Shown piece after piece: positions 6,994-16,543 of a DNA stretch of 25,953 bases. The stretch covers positions 1 to 25,953 of the forward strand of contig JBBSVW010000045.1 of the NCBI GenBank assembly GCA_038046605.1, read 5' to 3'. Made by a program: the position numbers and the translations under genes. The notes under the pieces are model-generated. The model saw only the letters and a program-made list of their open reading frames with translations, did no database searches and was not told the DNA's origin. Positions within the stretch are counted from its first letter, which is position 1, and every line of letters starts with the position of its first letter. The DNA comes from Candidatus Micrarchaeota archaeon. Lineage in GTDB: Archaea > Micrarchaeota > Micrarchaeia > Norongarragalinales > SBBD01.

Positions 6994-7800
6994 ATGATTC
7001 CCGCAAACCGCATCGGCAATTTCCCAAGCCTTAGGCAAAAAAAGGCGCTTTCCCAGGTATTCATCAGTGATTACTCCGCCGTTTCCGAAATATTCGACGA
7101 TCTTGATTTGAAGGGGAAAACCGTCCTTGAAATCGGCTCGGGAACGGGCGCGATCACAAAGCATCTTGCACTAAAGGCAAAAAAGGTGATCGGACTTGAA
7201 ATCGATTCCGAAGCGTGCAAAATCCTAAGGGAAACCTTTTCCGGCCAAAAGAACGTCGAAATCCTCAATGTGGACGCCCTCCAAGCTTCCCTCAATTACC
7301 CCGTGATTATTGGCTTTCTTCCATACCACATCTCAACCCCGCTTCTTTTCAGGATACTAAATTCGGATTTTGAGGAGGCCATAGTTTGCGTCCAGCTTGA
7401 ATTCGCAAAACGCATGGTCGCTGAAAGTGGAACAAGCGATTTTTCCAAGCTTTCCGTGATGTCCCAATGCAGGGCGGATATCACCTACCTTGCAACAGTT
7501 CCCAAGGAGGCGTTTTCGCCAATTCCCAAGGTCGATTCTGCCCTGGTATATCTAGAAAAGAACCTCAAATTCCACTTGAATGAAGAATTGGTGTCCGCGC
7601 TTTTCCAGCACAAGAACCAATCTGTGAAAAAGGCGCTTTCCCATTCAAAATCATTGTTTGGCGAAAAAAAAGAAACCCTTGCAAAATTCCTGTCATCAAT
7701 TCCAACGGATCTTTCCTCCAAACGCATCCGCTTCCTTTCTTTGGAGGACTTGGATTTACTCTCATCCGCATATGCGCGTTTTATTACCTCTCCCAAATAA
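6994..7800 (+). CDS. rsmA: 16S rRNA adenine dimethyltransferase (KsgA/RsmA/Dim1)
   Basis: KKALSQVF, VLEIGSGTGAIT, LEID, DAL, LPYHIST, Q.EFA.RM, F.P.PKVDSA and FQHKNQ. ATG 6994 preferred over GTG 6820 because family similarity begins there. Confidence 0.92.
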   Translation: MIPANRIGNFPSLRQKKALSQVFISDYSAVSEIFDDLDLKGKTVLEIGSGTGAITKHLALKAKKVIGLEIDSEACKILRETFSGQKNVEILNVDALQASLNYPVIIGFLPYHISTPLLFRILNSDFEEAIVCVQLEFAKRMVAESGTSDFSKLSVMSQCRADITYLATVPKEAFSPIPKVDSALVYLEKNLKFHLNEELVSALFQHKNQSVKKALSHSKSLFGEKKETLAKFLSSIPTDLSSKRIRFLSLEDLDLLSSAYARFITSPK

Positions 7801-7809
7801 ACTACTTTC

Positions 7810-8640
7810 ATGGAAAATAACATTTTGCACGAAACGGTTTTGGAATTTAGGGAAAATAATAAACAGGATGTTGCGGTTGATGTGGAAGTTAAGCAAGAAT
7901 CCGAATCGAGTCCGGTTGCCTCCCATTCTAGCCCTCGCCACAATTTGAATATTGCTATGGGGGAAAGCAAAAGCCCATCCCAGCTGGAAATAGTCATGGA
8001 TGACCGAGAGCTCAAATCGCCGGTTGCAAAACTCCTGTTTTCACGCGGAATCAAGCTCCACCCAAAGCGCCTCGAAATTGCAGACTTTATTATCAGCAAC
8101 GAAATTGCAATTGAGCGCAAAACCGCCCCGGATTTTGAGAGCTCCATTATGGATGGCAGGCTTTTTTCGCAGTGCCGCGACCTTGCCTCGAATTTCCAAT
8201 ATCCCCTAATCTGCATTGTGGGCCGCAATTTTGGGCATCTGCATAAAAAAGCGATAATGGGCGCGCAAATTTCAATAGCTACGCAGTTCCGGATCCCGAT
8301 TTTCCAGCTCGATTCCGAGGAGGATTTGGCCGATTTCATCCACGTTCTCCTCGTGCAAAAATCAAAGGGAATAAAGGACCTAAAGCTCCGGTTTGAAAAG
8401 AAGGCGCTGACAAAAGATGATCAGCTCCAAATGGTCGTGGAAGGCGTTTCCATGATTGGTCCTGTCCATGCAAAATCGCTCCTGAAAAAATTCAAAACCC
8501 TCCAGAAGCTCTTTTCCGCTACTGAAAAGCAGATGCAAAAAGTTGAGGGCATTGGAGAAGTTCGCGCAAAGCAGATCAGAAAGGTTGCAACGGCGGTTTA
8601 CGGAGAGGAGGATAAAAACCAAAAGGTGCTTGAGGGTTAA
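7810..8640 (+). CDS. ERCC4/XPF-family structure-specific endonuclease with (HhH)2 domain
   Basis: DDRE, IADFIIS..IERKT..DF..SI.DGRLFSQ, and two HhH motifs (SMIGPVHA, EGIGEVRA). The true start may be ATG ~7957. Confidence 0.92.
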   Translation: MENNILHETVLEFRENNKQDVAVDVEVKQESESSPVASHSSPRHNLNIAMGESKSPSQLEIVMDDRELKSPVAKLLFSRGIKLHPKRLEIADFIISNEIAIERKTAPDFESSIMDGRLFSQCRDLASNFQYPLICIVGRNFGHLHKKAIMGAQISIATQFRIPIFQLDSEEDLADFIHVLLVQKSKGIKDLKLRFEKKALTKDDQLQMVVEGVSMIGPVHAKSLLKKFKTLQKLFSATEKQMQKVEGIGEVRAKQIRKVATAVYGEEDKNQKVLEG

Positions 8641-9539
8641 TGCCAACCAAGATTCAATTTGAAGCGCTTCTTAGGGAATGCCATGCTATTGCAGGCAAAT
8701 CCCTAGAGGCAGACCGGGTCATGCAGCACACTAATCGAATGTCAAGGGCAAAACCAACGCATTTTGCTGAAAACAATTGGCTGTCCCCCAACGAACTTGC
8801 CGGATTAATATCCAGAACTTTCAGCTACCGGGTGTCCGGCAATACAGTCCGCAATGCATTGCTCGAAGGCGGCCATCCGCTAAAAACAACAGCCTATCCG
8901 TTATCGGGAACGCAAAATAATGCCTTGATGGTTTCGCCCCCAAGCAAAAATGAAACGCTTTCATTCATTGAATTATTAAAAAAAATCAGTGCACGAAGGG
9001 GTAGTGAAAAAAAGCCGCCCATCCGGACCCCAGAAACCGCATTCGAGCTTGCAAAAAAGCACAAATGGTTGGTTGAAATGGCGGTGCGCTCGATTCCAGC
9101 TAATTTGAGGGAGGAGGCAGCCAAAGAAGGCATGGACGCCCTCTACCGGGCATTTTTAATCGGTGAAAGCCGCACTGCCAAGGGCTTGCCATCGACATGG
9201 TATCTGAAAGTCGCAATCAAGAACAGAATCATCAACTTTATCCGAAATGAAAAAAAATATATCGGGAAAGACCGGGCTGTTTCTGCCCCCGATGGGGATG
9301 ATGCCGAGGCAGGCAATTTTGAAAAGCTCAATTCCTTGTTCAAGAATGCATACCTAGCTGGCCAAATCACAGATATCCGAGCGCGCATATTTATGCTTCG
9401 CAGCTATGGGCTATCGCATGAGGCAATTTCCCACGAGCTTAGAATTAACCGAATTACGGCAAGGACGGGTTTTCATAGGGTGAAAAAGCAACTTATTGGG
9501 AAATTAAACGGACCCAGCCAGTCCCAACCCGGTCTTTGA
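8640..9539 (+). CDS. sigma70/ECF-like protein (region 2 + region 4) with an extra N-terminal HTH-like segment
   Basis: Region-2-like AFELAKKHKWLVEMAV...EEAAKEGMDALYRA...STWYLKVAIKNRIINFIR; region-4-like ITDIRARIFMLRSYGLSHEAISHELRINRITARTGFHRVKKQL. Starts on a TAATG overlap with the ERCC4 stop. Confidence 0.65.
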   Translation: MPTKIQFEALLRECHAIAGKSLEADRVMQHTNRMSRAKPTHFAENNWLSPNELAGLISRTFSYRVSGNTVRNALLEGGHPLKTTAYPLSGTQNNALMVSPPSKNETLSFIELLKKISARRGSEKKPPIRTPETAFELAKKHKWLVEMAVRSIPANLREEAAKEGMDALYRAFLIGESRTAKGLPSTWYLKVAIKNRIINFIRNEKKYIGKDRAVSAPDGDDAEAGNFEKLNSLFKNAYLAGQITDIRARIFMLRSYGLSHEAISHELRINRITARTGFHRVKKQLIGKLNGPSQSQPGL

Positions 9540-9599
9540 GGCAATGGGGTATTTTAATTTTGACCGCATAGTTCCCGTTTATTGCGGTTGGTGATATTT

Positions 9600-10859
9600 A
9601 TGGAAAAGCAATTCTTCACAATGGATGATTTTGATTTTGCCGGCAAAACCGTCCTTGTCCGTGTGGACATCAACTGTCCGCTCGACGAAAAAACCGGCCA
9701 GCTGGAGGATTCGCAGCGCATAGCTGCTCACGCTGCAACCCTAAAGGAGCTCTCCAAGAAAAACGCCAAAGTTGTTGTGCTCGCCCACCAGGGCCGGAAG
9801 GGTGAAAAGGACTTCCTCCCCCTCTCTCAGCACGCATCCATGCTCTACAACCACATCAAAATACCCGTAGAATACATCGATGACCTCTACACCCAAAAAA
9901 CACTCCAAAAAATGGGCAAGATCCGCCCCGGCGAAATAATCCTGCTCCAGAACACCCGCTTTTATGATGACGAAACCAAAAAAGTTGCAAAACCCGAAGA
10001 TTACTCCCAAACTGAAATGGTCAAATCACTCTCAAAGCATGCCGATTTTTTCATTTTGGATGGCTTTTCAGTTTCCCACAGGGCGCAGGCATCGACCGTG
10101 GGCTTTCCAGTTATGCTTCCATCATGCGCCGGGAGGGTGATGGAAAAAGAGCTGCTCGGGCTCCAAAAAGCCCTCGATTTTGCTGTCCATCCAAACATCT
10201 ACATCCTTGGAGGCGCCAAGCCTGATGATGTTTTCCAACTGCTCAAGTTTGCCTGCGAATCTAGCAATGTGGATAAAATCCTGACATCTGGGGTTTTAGG
10301 GGAACTATGCGTTGCTGCCAAAGGGATCGATCTTGGCGGGTCCAAAATGCACTCATTCAAGGAAAAGGGCTATGATGCGCTCCTTCCGGAACTTAAGGCA
10401 CTCATATCGAAATATCCTTCCAAAATTGAAATCCCCCAGGATTTTGCAGTTGAGGAAAATGGCCAGCGGAAGGAATATGCAGTTGAAGGGCTTGCGCAAA
10501 AGGCCGCTGGGAAACCCGCATTTGATATCGGTCCCCTTACAATTTCCCATTTCACAGACATCATTTCCACCTCGAAAACGCTCTATTTCAAGGGCCCTGT
10601 GGGCGTCTATGAAAACCCCCTCTTTGAAGAGGGCACCAAAAAAGTGTTGCTCGCAGTACAAAACTGCAATGCCTTCAAACTCATGGGCGGAGGCCACTCC
10701 CTATCCGCAATGGAAAAATTCCACATCGACAAAACCAAAATTTCGCACATATCGCTTGCCGGCGGGGCGGTGGTAGAATATTTGCAGGGCAAAAAGCTCC
10801 CCGGAGTTGAGGCGCTAAAAGCAGCTTTCAAAAGGGGCAAGGAAAAACCACTTGGATAG
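9600..10859 (+). CDS. pgk: phosphoglycerate kinase (archaeal type)
   Basis: GKTVLVRVDIN.P, AHQGR, LLQNTRF, D.FS.SHR, GRVMEKEL, LGGAK, DIGP, GPVGVYE, GGGH and HISLAGGA. GGTGA Shine-Dalgarno before ATG 9600. Confidence 0.97.
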   Translation: MEKQFFTMDDFDFAGKTVLVRVDINCPLDEKTGQLEDSQRIAAHAATLKELSKKNAKVVVLAHQGRKGEKDFLPLSQHASMLYNHIKIPVEYIDDLYTQKTLQKMGKIRPGEIILLQNTRFYDDETKKVAKPEDYSQTEMVKSLSKHADFFILDGFSVSHRAQASTVGFPVMLPSCAGRVMEKELLGLQKALDFAVHPNIYILGGAKPDDVFQLLKFACESSNVDKILTSGVLGELCVAAKGIDLGGSKMHSFKEKGYDALLPELKALISKYPSKIEIPQDFAVEENGQRKEYAVEGLAQKAAGKPAFDIGPLTISHFTDIISTSKTLYFKGPVGVYENPLFEEGTKKVLLAVQNCNAFKLMGGGHSLSAMEKFHIDKTKISHISLAGGAVVEYLQGKKLPGVEALKAAFKRGKEKPLG

Positions 10860-10935
10860 ATACGGTACTGTTTCAATACCGGTGCAATAAAAAGCCCAAA
10901 CCCCCATATACGAAAAAAACAAATGCAAAGCATTC

Positions 10936-11814
10936 ATGGGAAAAAATATGAACAATATTTCACCAACCCTTGCCATCCACGGAGGCGCTTGGGCAATTGC
11001 GCACACAACTGTTGATGACCACAAAAAAGCGCTAGATGCCGCCCTCAAAACCGGATGGGAAATACTTAATTCGGGCGGATCTGCCATCGACTGCGTCGAA
11101 AAAACCATAAATTCGATGGAGGATTCGGGGGTGTTTGATGCCGGCAAGGGGTGCGTGCTAAACGAAAAAGGGGAAGTTGAAATGGACGCCCTAGTGATGA
11201 AGGGCGACCTATCTGCTGGCGCAGTTGCCGCCTTGCAGGATTTCCCAAACCCTATTTCAGTTGCAAGGCGTGTCATGGAAAAAACGCCCCACGTGATGCT
11301 TGTTGGCGAAGGTGCATTTGAATTTGCAAAAAAGCAGGGCTTCAAAAGCATGCACATACGCGAATTGGTTTCCGACCGCGAGTTCCACTCATGGAAAAAC
11401 AACCACGAGATGCATTTTGGGACTGTCGGCGCAGTTGCACTTGATGCAAAAGGCAACTTGGCACAGGGAACTTCCACCGGAGGAACCCGCGGCAAAATGA
11501 CCGGAAGGGTTGGCGATTCGCCAATAATTGGCGCCGGCGGCTATTGCGATGATGAAACCGGAGGCGCTTCTGCAACCGGACAGGGCGAGGCATTCATGAA
11601 AATAATGGGATGCAAAACGGCGTGTGATTTTTTGAAAACCAAAAACAGCGCTCAAAAAGCGGCCGAAAAAACCATTTCCCTCCTTGAAAAGCGCACCAAT
11701 GGCAAAGGCGGCATAATACTGCTATCCAAAACCGGTGACATCGGCATCGCATTCAACACGGCAAGGATGGCAAGGGGGTATGCAAGGGATGGCAAAATTG
11801 TTGTTGAAGTGTAA
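10936..11814 (+). CDS. iaaA: isoaspartyl peptidase / plant-type L-asparaginase (Ntn hydrolase)
   Basis: IHGGA, F.AG.G..LN..G.VEMDA, autoprocessing site GTVGAVALD, TSTGG, GRVGDSP, TG.GE and GGII. Confidence 0.93.
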   Translation: MGKNMNNISPTLAIHGGAWAIAHTTVDDHKKALDAALKTGWEILNSGGSAIDCVEKTINSMEDSGVFDAGKGCVLNEKGEVEMDALVMKGDLSAGAVAALQDFPNPISVARRVMEKTPHVMLVGEGAFEFAKKQGFKSMHIRELVSDREFHSWKNNHEMHFGTVGAVALDAKGNLAQGTSTGGTRGKMTGRVGDSPIIGAGGYCDDETGGASATGQGEAFMKIMGCKTACDFLKTKNSAQKAAEKTISLLEKRTNGKGGIILLSKTGDIGIAFNTARMARGYARDGKIVVEV

Positions 11815-11847
11815 TTTTCCACTACCTAAACTAGGGTTTATTCATCC

Positions 11848-13140
11848 TTACTGCACTTTTTTTCCCACGGGTTGCAATTCGAATATAACCTGCTTTCTTG
11901 ACTTTGGATCGGATGCATAATATACATCAAAGAAAACTCCAACCGCCTTTTTCACCATTTCTTTATCGACTTTCAATGCGAGCCCTCCCCGGACAATGCT
12001 ACTAATTGACTGGTGTATGTCGCCATTCGTATTGGCCATGTCGTTGTTGACAACATCAAAATCGAACAGGGATGCCCCGCCATTAAACGGAAAATCCACA
12101 TTCTGCGGGGAAAAAATAGACCCCCCCCTCACTGTAAATGCCGTTTTCTTCAAGCGATGGTGGAGCAAGTGCGCAACCAAACCCAGCGAAGCAGCAAATG
12201 AGGTCAGGGCGTTCCGTCCAATGCCAGGATGCGCCTTACTTAGCGCCTCAAAAAGAGCTGGAAATATTTTGCTCACATCCTTTCTGGATGTTTCAAACAA
12301 CCTAAGCCCCAAGCCCCTATTAGTATAGCCCATTACCCTCATGCCCTTTACAAAGGACGGATCGCTTATTCCAAGGGATGCAAGGCCCCGTTCGGTGTCT
12401 ACCATTGTTACCCCCAACCTCGTTTTTTGCCTAATTAGCAGTCTTTTTTCCTCCTCCCCCGATAGCATACTCCTAAAATCCGGTATTTCCTCCTTTAGGG
12501 GCGGTATTGGTATTATCCCAAGCGGGATTTGGAGCGGCCTGAAAAGCGCATAAGGTTTAGGCAAATCCGGTTTAGCGCCGCCAAATTTCCGTGCCACCTT
12601 TACGGCGGGGTCGTTTTCCCTTCGCGCGCGGGCTAGTTCCACCTCGATTTCCTTTATGCTATCTATTGCAGTCAAAAGTGTGCCTTTCCTTGCCCCTCCC
12701 CAAAATTTTCTCTCGGTTAGCTCTTGTTCGGGCAGCTCAGAAAAAGTACCTACAACTGCCCGATCCCTTATTTTGCCCCTAACTGTTCCCGGCGCCCCAA
12801 TCCCCTTGAAATAATATCTTGGGCTTTTACCGCTCCTTGAGTCGTGCAAAAATGAGTGAAAGCTCCTAGCCTGGTACTGTTCATCTGACGATCCGCGTGT
12901 TGCTAGGGGATCCCGCATTGGGATGAGAAAAATCCGATCCACATCAAAGCCACGTTCCATTGCTTCTTTTGCCGCTCTTGGATAATCTGAAATGGGCTTG
13001 ATCAGCCCGCCCCTTAAAGCACGCTTTAGCCCCCTATCATTAAGATTGACATCAAGCTCAGCTGGAATAAATAGCGAACCTTCAGGCCTTGCTTTCCTTG
13101 ACCGTAGTTTTTCAATGATGGAACTCTTTGCTTCATTCAT
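11848..13140 (-). CDS. orphan protein with kinase-like (SelO-like) motifs
   Basis: Start taken at ATG 13140, since the longer ORF overlaps gatD and TTTATAA lies ~25 nt upstream. Motifs YYFKGIG and, near the C-terminus, SPQNV...G.SLFDFD. Confidence 0.55.
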   Translation of the reverse strand: MNEAKSSIIEKLRSRKARPEGSLFIPAELDVNLNDRGLKRALRGGLIKPISDYPRAAKEAMERGFDVDRIFLIPMRDPLATRGSSDEQYQARSFHSFLHDSRSGKSPRYYFKGIGAPGTVRGKIRDRAVVGTFSELPEQELTERKFWGGARKGTLLTAIDSIKEIEVELARARRENDPAVKVARKFGGAKPDLPKPYALFRPLQIPLGIIPIPPLKEEIPDFRSMLSGEEEKRLLIRQKTRLGVTMVDTERGLASLGISDPSFVKGMRVMGYTNRGLGLRLFETSRKDVSKIFPALFEALSKAHPGIGRNALTSFAASLGLVAHLLHHRLKKTAFTVRGGSIFSPQNVDFPFNGGASLFDFDVVNNDMANTNGDIHQSISSIVRGGLALKVDKEMVKKAVGVFFDVYYASDPKSRKQVIFELQPVGKKVQ

Positions 13141-13201
13141 GTAATATAGTTCTTTCTGCATATGCTTATAAAATTCCGCCCCTTTTACGCTTTTAGATAT
13201 T

Positions 13202-14638
13202 ATGTACTCCCGCGAATTGGAACGCCTCCTTACCGCAAACAAGGTTTTGGATGGCGATTCCGTTGAAATAACCATTGATGGAAATTCCTATAAAGGCATC
13301 CTCCTCCCACGCTCTTCAGGAGTTCCCGATGATACCCTAACCCTCAAGCTAAGCAACGGCTACAATGTGGGGCTCAAATTCAGGCCTGGACTAAAGCTCA
13401 CCAAGATCGGAAATGCAACCAAGCTCTCACAAATACCGGTGCTGGAAATCGCCCCCAACCCCTCCCTTCCCTCAATTGCCATCATTTCGACCGGAGGGAC
13501 AATTGGCACCCATGTCGATTACAAGACCGGCGGAGTTTTCATGTCCCGTACGGCGCAGGAGATGCTCTCGACAGTGCCTGAACTCCTTGAAATTGTGAAC
13601 ATCAAATCCCTAACAACCCCCTTCCAGACCGCAAGCGAGGACTTTTCCGTAGAGAACTGGCAAGCGCTTGCAAAGGAAACTGCCGAGCAATTGAATGATC
13701 CGGAAATACGGGGAGTAATAATCACGCACGGCACAGATGTCCTCCACTACACCTCAAGCGCCCTTTCCTTCATGCTCCAAAATTTAAGCAAGCCTGTAGC
13801 GCTTGTTGGCGCGCAACGATCTCCCGATAGGGGCAGTTTTGATGGCAACATGAACATGGTTTGCGCTGCCCATTTTGTTTCAAAATCCGATATTGCTCAG
13901 GTTTGCGTTGTCATGCACGGCTCGTCCTCAGATGATTACTGCTATGCCCACCGGGGAACAAAGGTTAGGAAAATGCACACCACCAGAAGGGATGCCTTCC
14001 GCTCCGTCAATGAAAAACCCCTTGCAAAGATATTCCCCGATGGAAAAATCGAAATCGTAAATGGGAATTACCCCAAAAGGAGGGCAACGGAAATCGTGAC
14101 GAATGCCAAAGAGAATTTATCGTATGGCGAAACAAAAATGCCGTCCATTAAAACCGTCATTCCAAATACCTTTGCCGATGTTGCATTTGAGGAAAAAATC
14201 GCAATGCTCAAAATCTACCCCAATGCGAACCCAGAGCTCCTGGATTTCCTAACTGATAAGGGCTACAAAGGCGTTATTCTGGAGGCAACTGCCCTTGGCC
14301 ATGTCCCAACTGGCGAAAGCGGGAAAAATTCGGGCTTCTTCGATCCCAAAATGAGCTGGATCCCCCCAGTCAAACGGGCCGTGGAAAAGGGAATATTTGT
14401 CGGAGTTGCTTCGCAAGCCCTCTATGGCAGAACCTCTGCGACAGTTTACCGCAATTTACGCCTCCTATCAGACGCTGGCGCAATCCATCTTGAGGACATG
14501 CTGCCGGAAACCGCCTACACGAAACTCGGCTGGGTGCTTGCGCACTCGAAAACGCTCGCGGAAACTGGAAAATTGATGCTCTCAAACCTGCGGGGAGAAA
14601 TAAACCAGCGCCTCACTGATGAGGAGTTTTTGCAGTGA
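13202..14638 (+). CDS. gatD: glutamyl-tRNA(Gln) amidotransferase subunit D
   Basis: N-terminal KL.NGYNVG domain, STGGTI, HGTD, GAQRS.DRGS.D, KMHT.RRDAF, GLGH-like ALGHV and DMLPETAY.KL.W. Confidence 0.97.
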   Translation: MYSRELERLLTANKVLDGDSVEITIDGNSYKGILLPRSSGVPDDTLTLKLSNGYNVGLKFRPGLKLTKIGNATKLSQIPVLEIAPNPSLPSIAIISTGGTIGTHVDYKTGGVFMSRTAQEMLSTVPELLEIVNIKSLTTPFQTASEDFSVENWQALAKETAEQLNDPEIRGVIITHGTDVLHYTSSALSFMLQNLSKPVALVGAQRSPDRGSFDGNMNMVCAAHFVSKSDIAQVCVVMHGSSSDDYCYAHRGTKVRKMHTTRRDAFRSVNEKPLAKIFPDGKIEIVNGNYPKRRATEIVTNAKENLSYGETKMPSIKTVIPNTFADVAFEEKIAMLKIYPNANPELLDFLTDKGYKGVILEATALGHVPTGESGKNSGFFDPKMSWIPPVKRAVEKGIFVGVASQALYGRTSATVYRNLRLLSDAGAIHLEDMLPETAYTKLGWVLAHSKTLAETGKLMLSNLRGEINQRLTDEEFLQ

Positions 14639-14692
14639 ACTTGATTTTTATTGATTTCAGATTTTCATTATGATTTAAGTGAGTGCATTCCC

Positions 14693-16543
14693 ATGGATTA
14701 CTCCGATCTTGGATTCAAGTGCGGCCTTGAGATCCACCAGCGACTGAACACTGGCAAGCTGTTTTGCGATTGCTACTGCGACCCAAACAAAATGGAGGAT
14801 TTGCCCCAAAAGGCAGTATCATTCCACCGCAAGCTTCGAGCAGTAATTGGTGAACTTGGCAAAATCGACCCCGCAGCTGCATTTGAGGCAACAAAGGCGA
14901 AAAAATTCGCCTATCTGTTTGACGATGCTTCATCCTGCTATGTGGAACTTGATGAGGAGCCTCCACATAAAATGAACCAAGAGGCGCTCCTCCTTTCGCT
15001 TGTTGTTTCCCAAAGCTTTGGGAGCATTCCGGTTGATGATGTTTTTGTCATGCGTAAGACCGTAATCGATGGATCTGCAGTCAGTGGCTTCCAGCGGACG
15101 GCGCTTGTTGCACTTAACGGAAAAATCGCAACTTCCAAAGGCGATGTTTTAATCCCAACAATTGCCCTTGAGGAGGAATCAAGCGGCATTATTGAAAAAA
15201 AGGGCGAGGAGACACTCTATAGGCTCGATCGCTTGGGGATCCCCTTAATTGAAATTGCAACCGACCCATCCATCAGGGATGGCGCCCATGCAATGGAAGT
15301 TGCCGAAAAGATCGGCATGATATTGCGCTCAACTGGGAAAGTGCAGCGGGGCCTTGGAAGCATACGGCAGGACCTTAACATCAGCATAACGAATGGTGCC
15401 CGCATAGAAATCAAGGGCGTGCAGGATTTGAAGCTAATTCCCGCACTAGTTGACAATGAGGTAAATAGGCAAATTGGGCTTCTTAAAATCCGCGAGGAAA
15501 TAAGATCACGCCACATCCTTCTTGGCGAAGAGCACTTTTCAATCAAGGATGTTTCCAACTTGTTTTCAAACACTGGCTGCAAATTGATAAAGGATGCCCT
15601 TTTGCGAAAGGAAAAGGTTTTTGCCCTCAAAATGCAGTCATTTTCGGGCCTATTCAAAACCCCCCTGAACCCTTCCCTTACACTTGGCGCAGAAATTGCC
15701 GGCTATGTGCGGGCCCACTCTTCTGCAAAAGGAATAATCCATTCGGATGAAAATTTGGAAGAAAAATATTCGCTTGGCATATCTGAAATCAACACCCTCG
15801 AAACCAGCCTCAACTTGTCCCAAAACGACCTTTTCATTTTATGCGTTGGAAACGAGGAGATATGCAAAAAGGCGCTCCAGGCCGCATTCAATAGGTGCGC
15901 CCAATTGCAAATTGGCGTCCCGGAGGAAACCAGGCGCGCCGAAGGCGAGATGTCAATTTTCATGCGCCCTCTTCCTGGAAGCGCAAGGATGTATCCAGAA
16001 ACCGATCTTGTTCCAATTCCAATCACCCCCCAATTGCTTGCGGAGGCAACAAAAGCAAAGCCCGAATCCATGGATGAAAAGAAAGCCAAATACCTGAAAT
16101 GGGGCCTAAATGAGCAGCTTTCAGACAAGATGGTGCGCTCGCAGGAATGGGGAAGGTTTGAGAAATTGGTGGTAAGTGGGAAAATGCTAGCCCCCCTAGC
16201 GGCAATTACACTCCTGGAAACCCTAATCTCGTTGAAACGGGACGGCTTTGAAATTGCCAATATCTCCGATGAACATCTAATTTCCCTCTCTTCATTATTT
16301 GCAAACGGGAAAATCACCAAATCCGCAGTTCCAGAGATATTAAAGTTGATTTGCAAAACCCCATCGATACCCATCCCGGACTTGATTGCCAACAATTCCC
16401 TTTCCCGCATCACAAAAGACCAAATACGCCAGCTTGCCGCAACAATTGATGGGACCCCCGAAAAGAAATTCGCCGACCTTATGAGGAAATACCGGCTGCA
16501 GGTTGATGTAGTGGACCTTAAGGATGCTTTGGAGAAGAACTGA
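14693..16543 (+). CDS. gatE: glutamyl-tRNA(Gln) amidotransferase subunit E
   Basis: GFKCGLEIHQRL..GKLFC, E.DEEPP, MRK.VIDGS..SGFQRT, LDRLGIPL.EI, RGLG.IRQD.N.S, EIKGVQ, G.IHSDE, GVP.ETR and RPLPG.ARMYPETD. Confidence 0.97.
   Translation: MDYSDLGFKCGLEIHQRLNTGKLFCDCYCDPNKMEDLPQKAVSFHRKLRAVIGELGKIDPAAAFEATKAKKFAYLFDDASSCYVELDEEPPHKMNQEALLLSLVVSQSFGSIPVDDVFVMRKTVIDGSAVSGFQRTALVALNGKIATSKGDVLIPTIALEEESSGIIEKKGEETLYRLDRLGIPLIEIATDPSIRDGAHAMEVAEKIGMILRSTGKVQRGLGSIRQDLNISITNGARIEIKGVQDLKLIPALVDNEVNRQIGLLKIREEIRSRHILLGEEHFSIKDVSNLFSNTGCKLIKDALLRKEKVFALKMQSFSGLFKTPLNPSLTLGAEIAGYVRAHSSAKGIIHSDENLEEKYSLGISEINTLETSLNLSQNDLFILCVGNEEICKKALQAAFNRCAQLQIGVPEETRRAEGEMSIFMRPLPGSARMYPETDLVPIPITPQLLAEATKAKPESMDEKKAKYLKWGLNEQLSDKMVRSQEWGRFEKLVVSGKMLAPLAAITLLETLISLKRDGFEIANISDEHLISLSSLFANGKITKSAVPEILKLICKTPSIPIPDLIANNSLSRITKDQIRQLAATIDGTPEKKFADLMRKYRLQVDVVDLKDALEKN

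Noticed and set aside
6820-6997. 58-aa N-terminal extension of KsgA, or a 38-aa ORF (6881-6997) overlapping its start by ATGA
   Set aside because: Neither has recognisable features, and the two cannot be distinguished from chance without homology data.
13141-13275. Longer start for the kinase-like ORF
   Set aside because: It would overlap gatD head-to-head; a TATA-like box supports ATG 13140.
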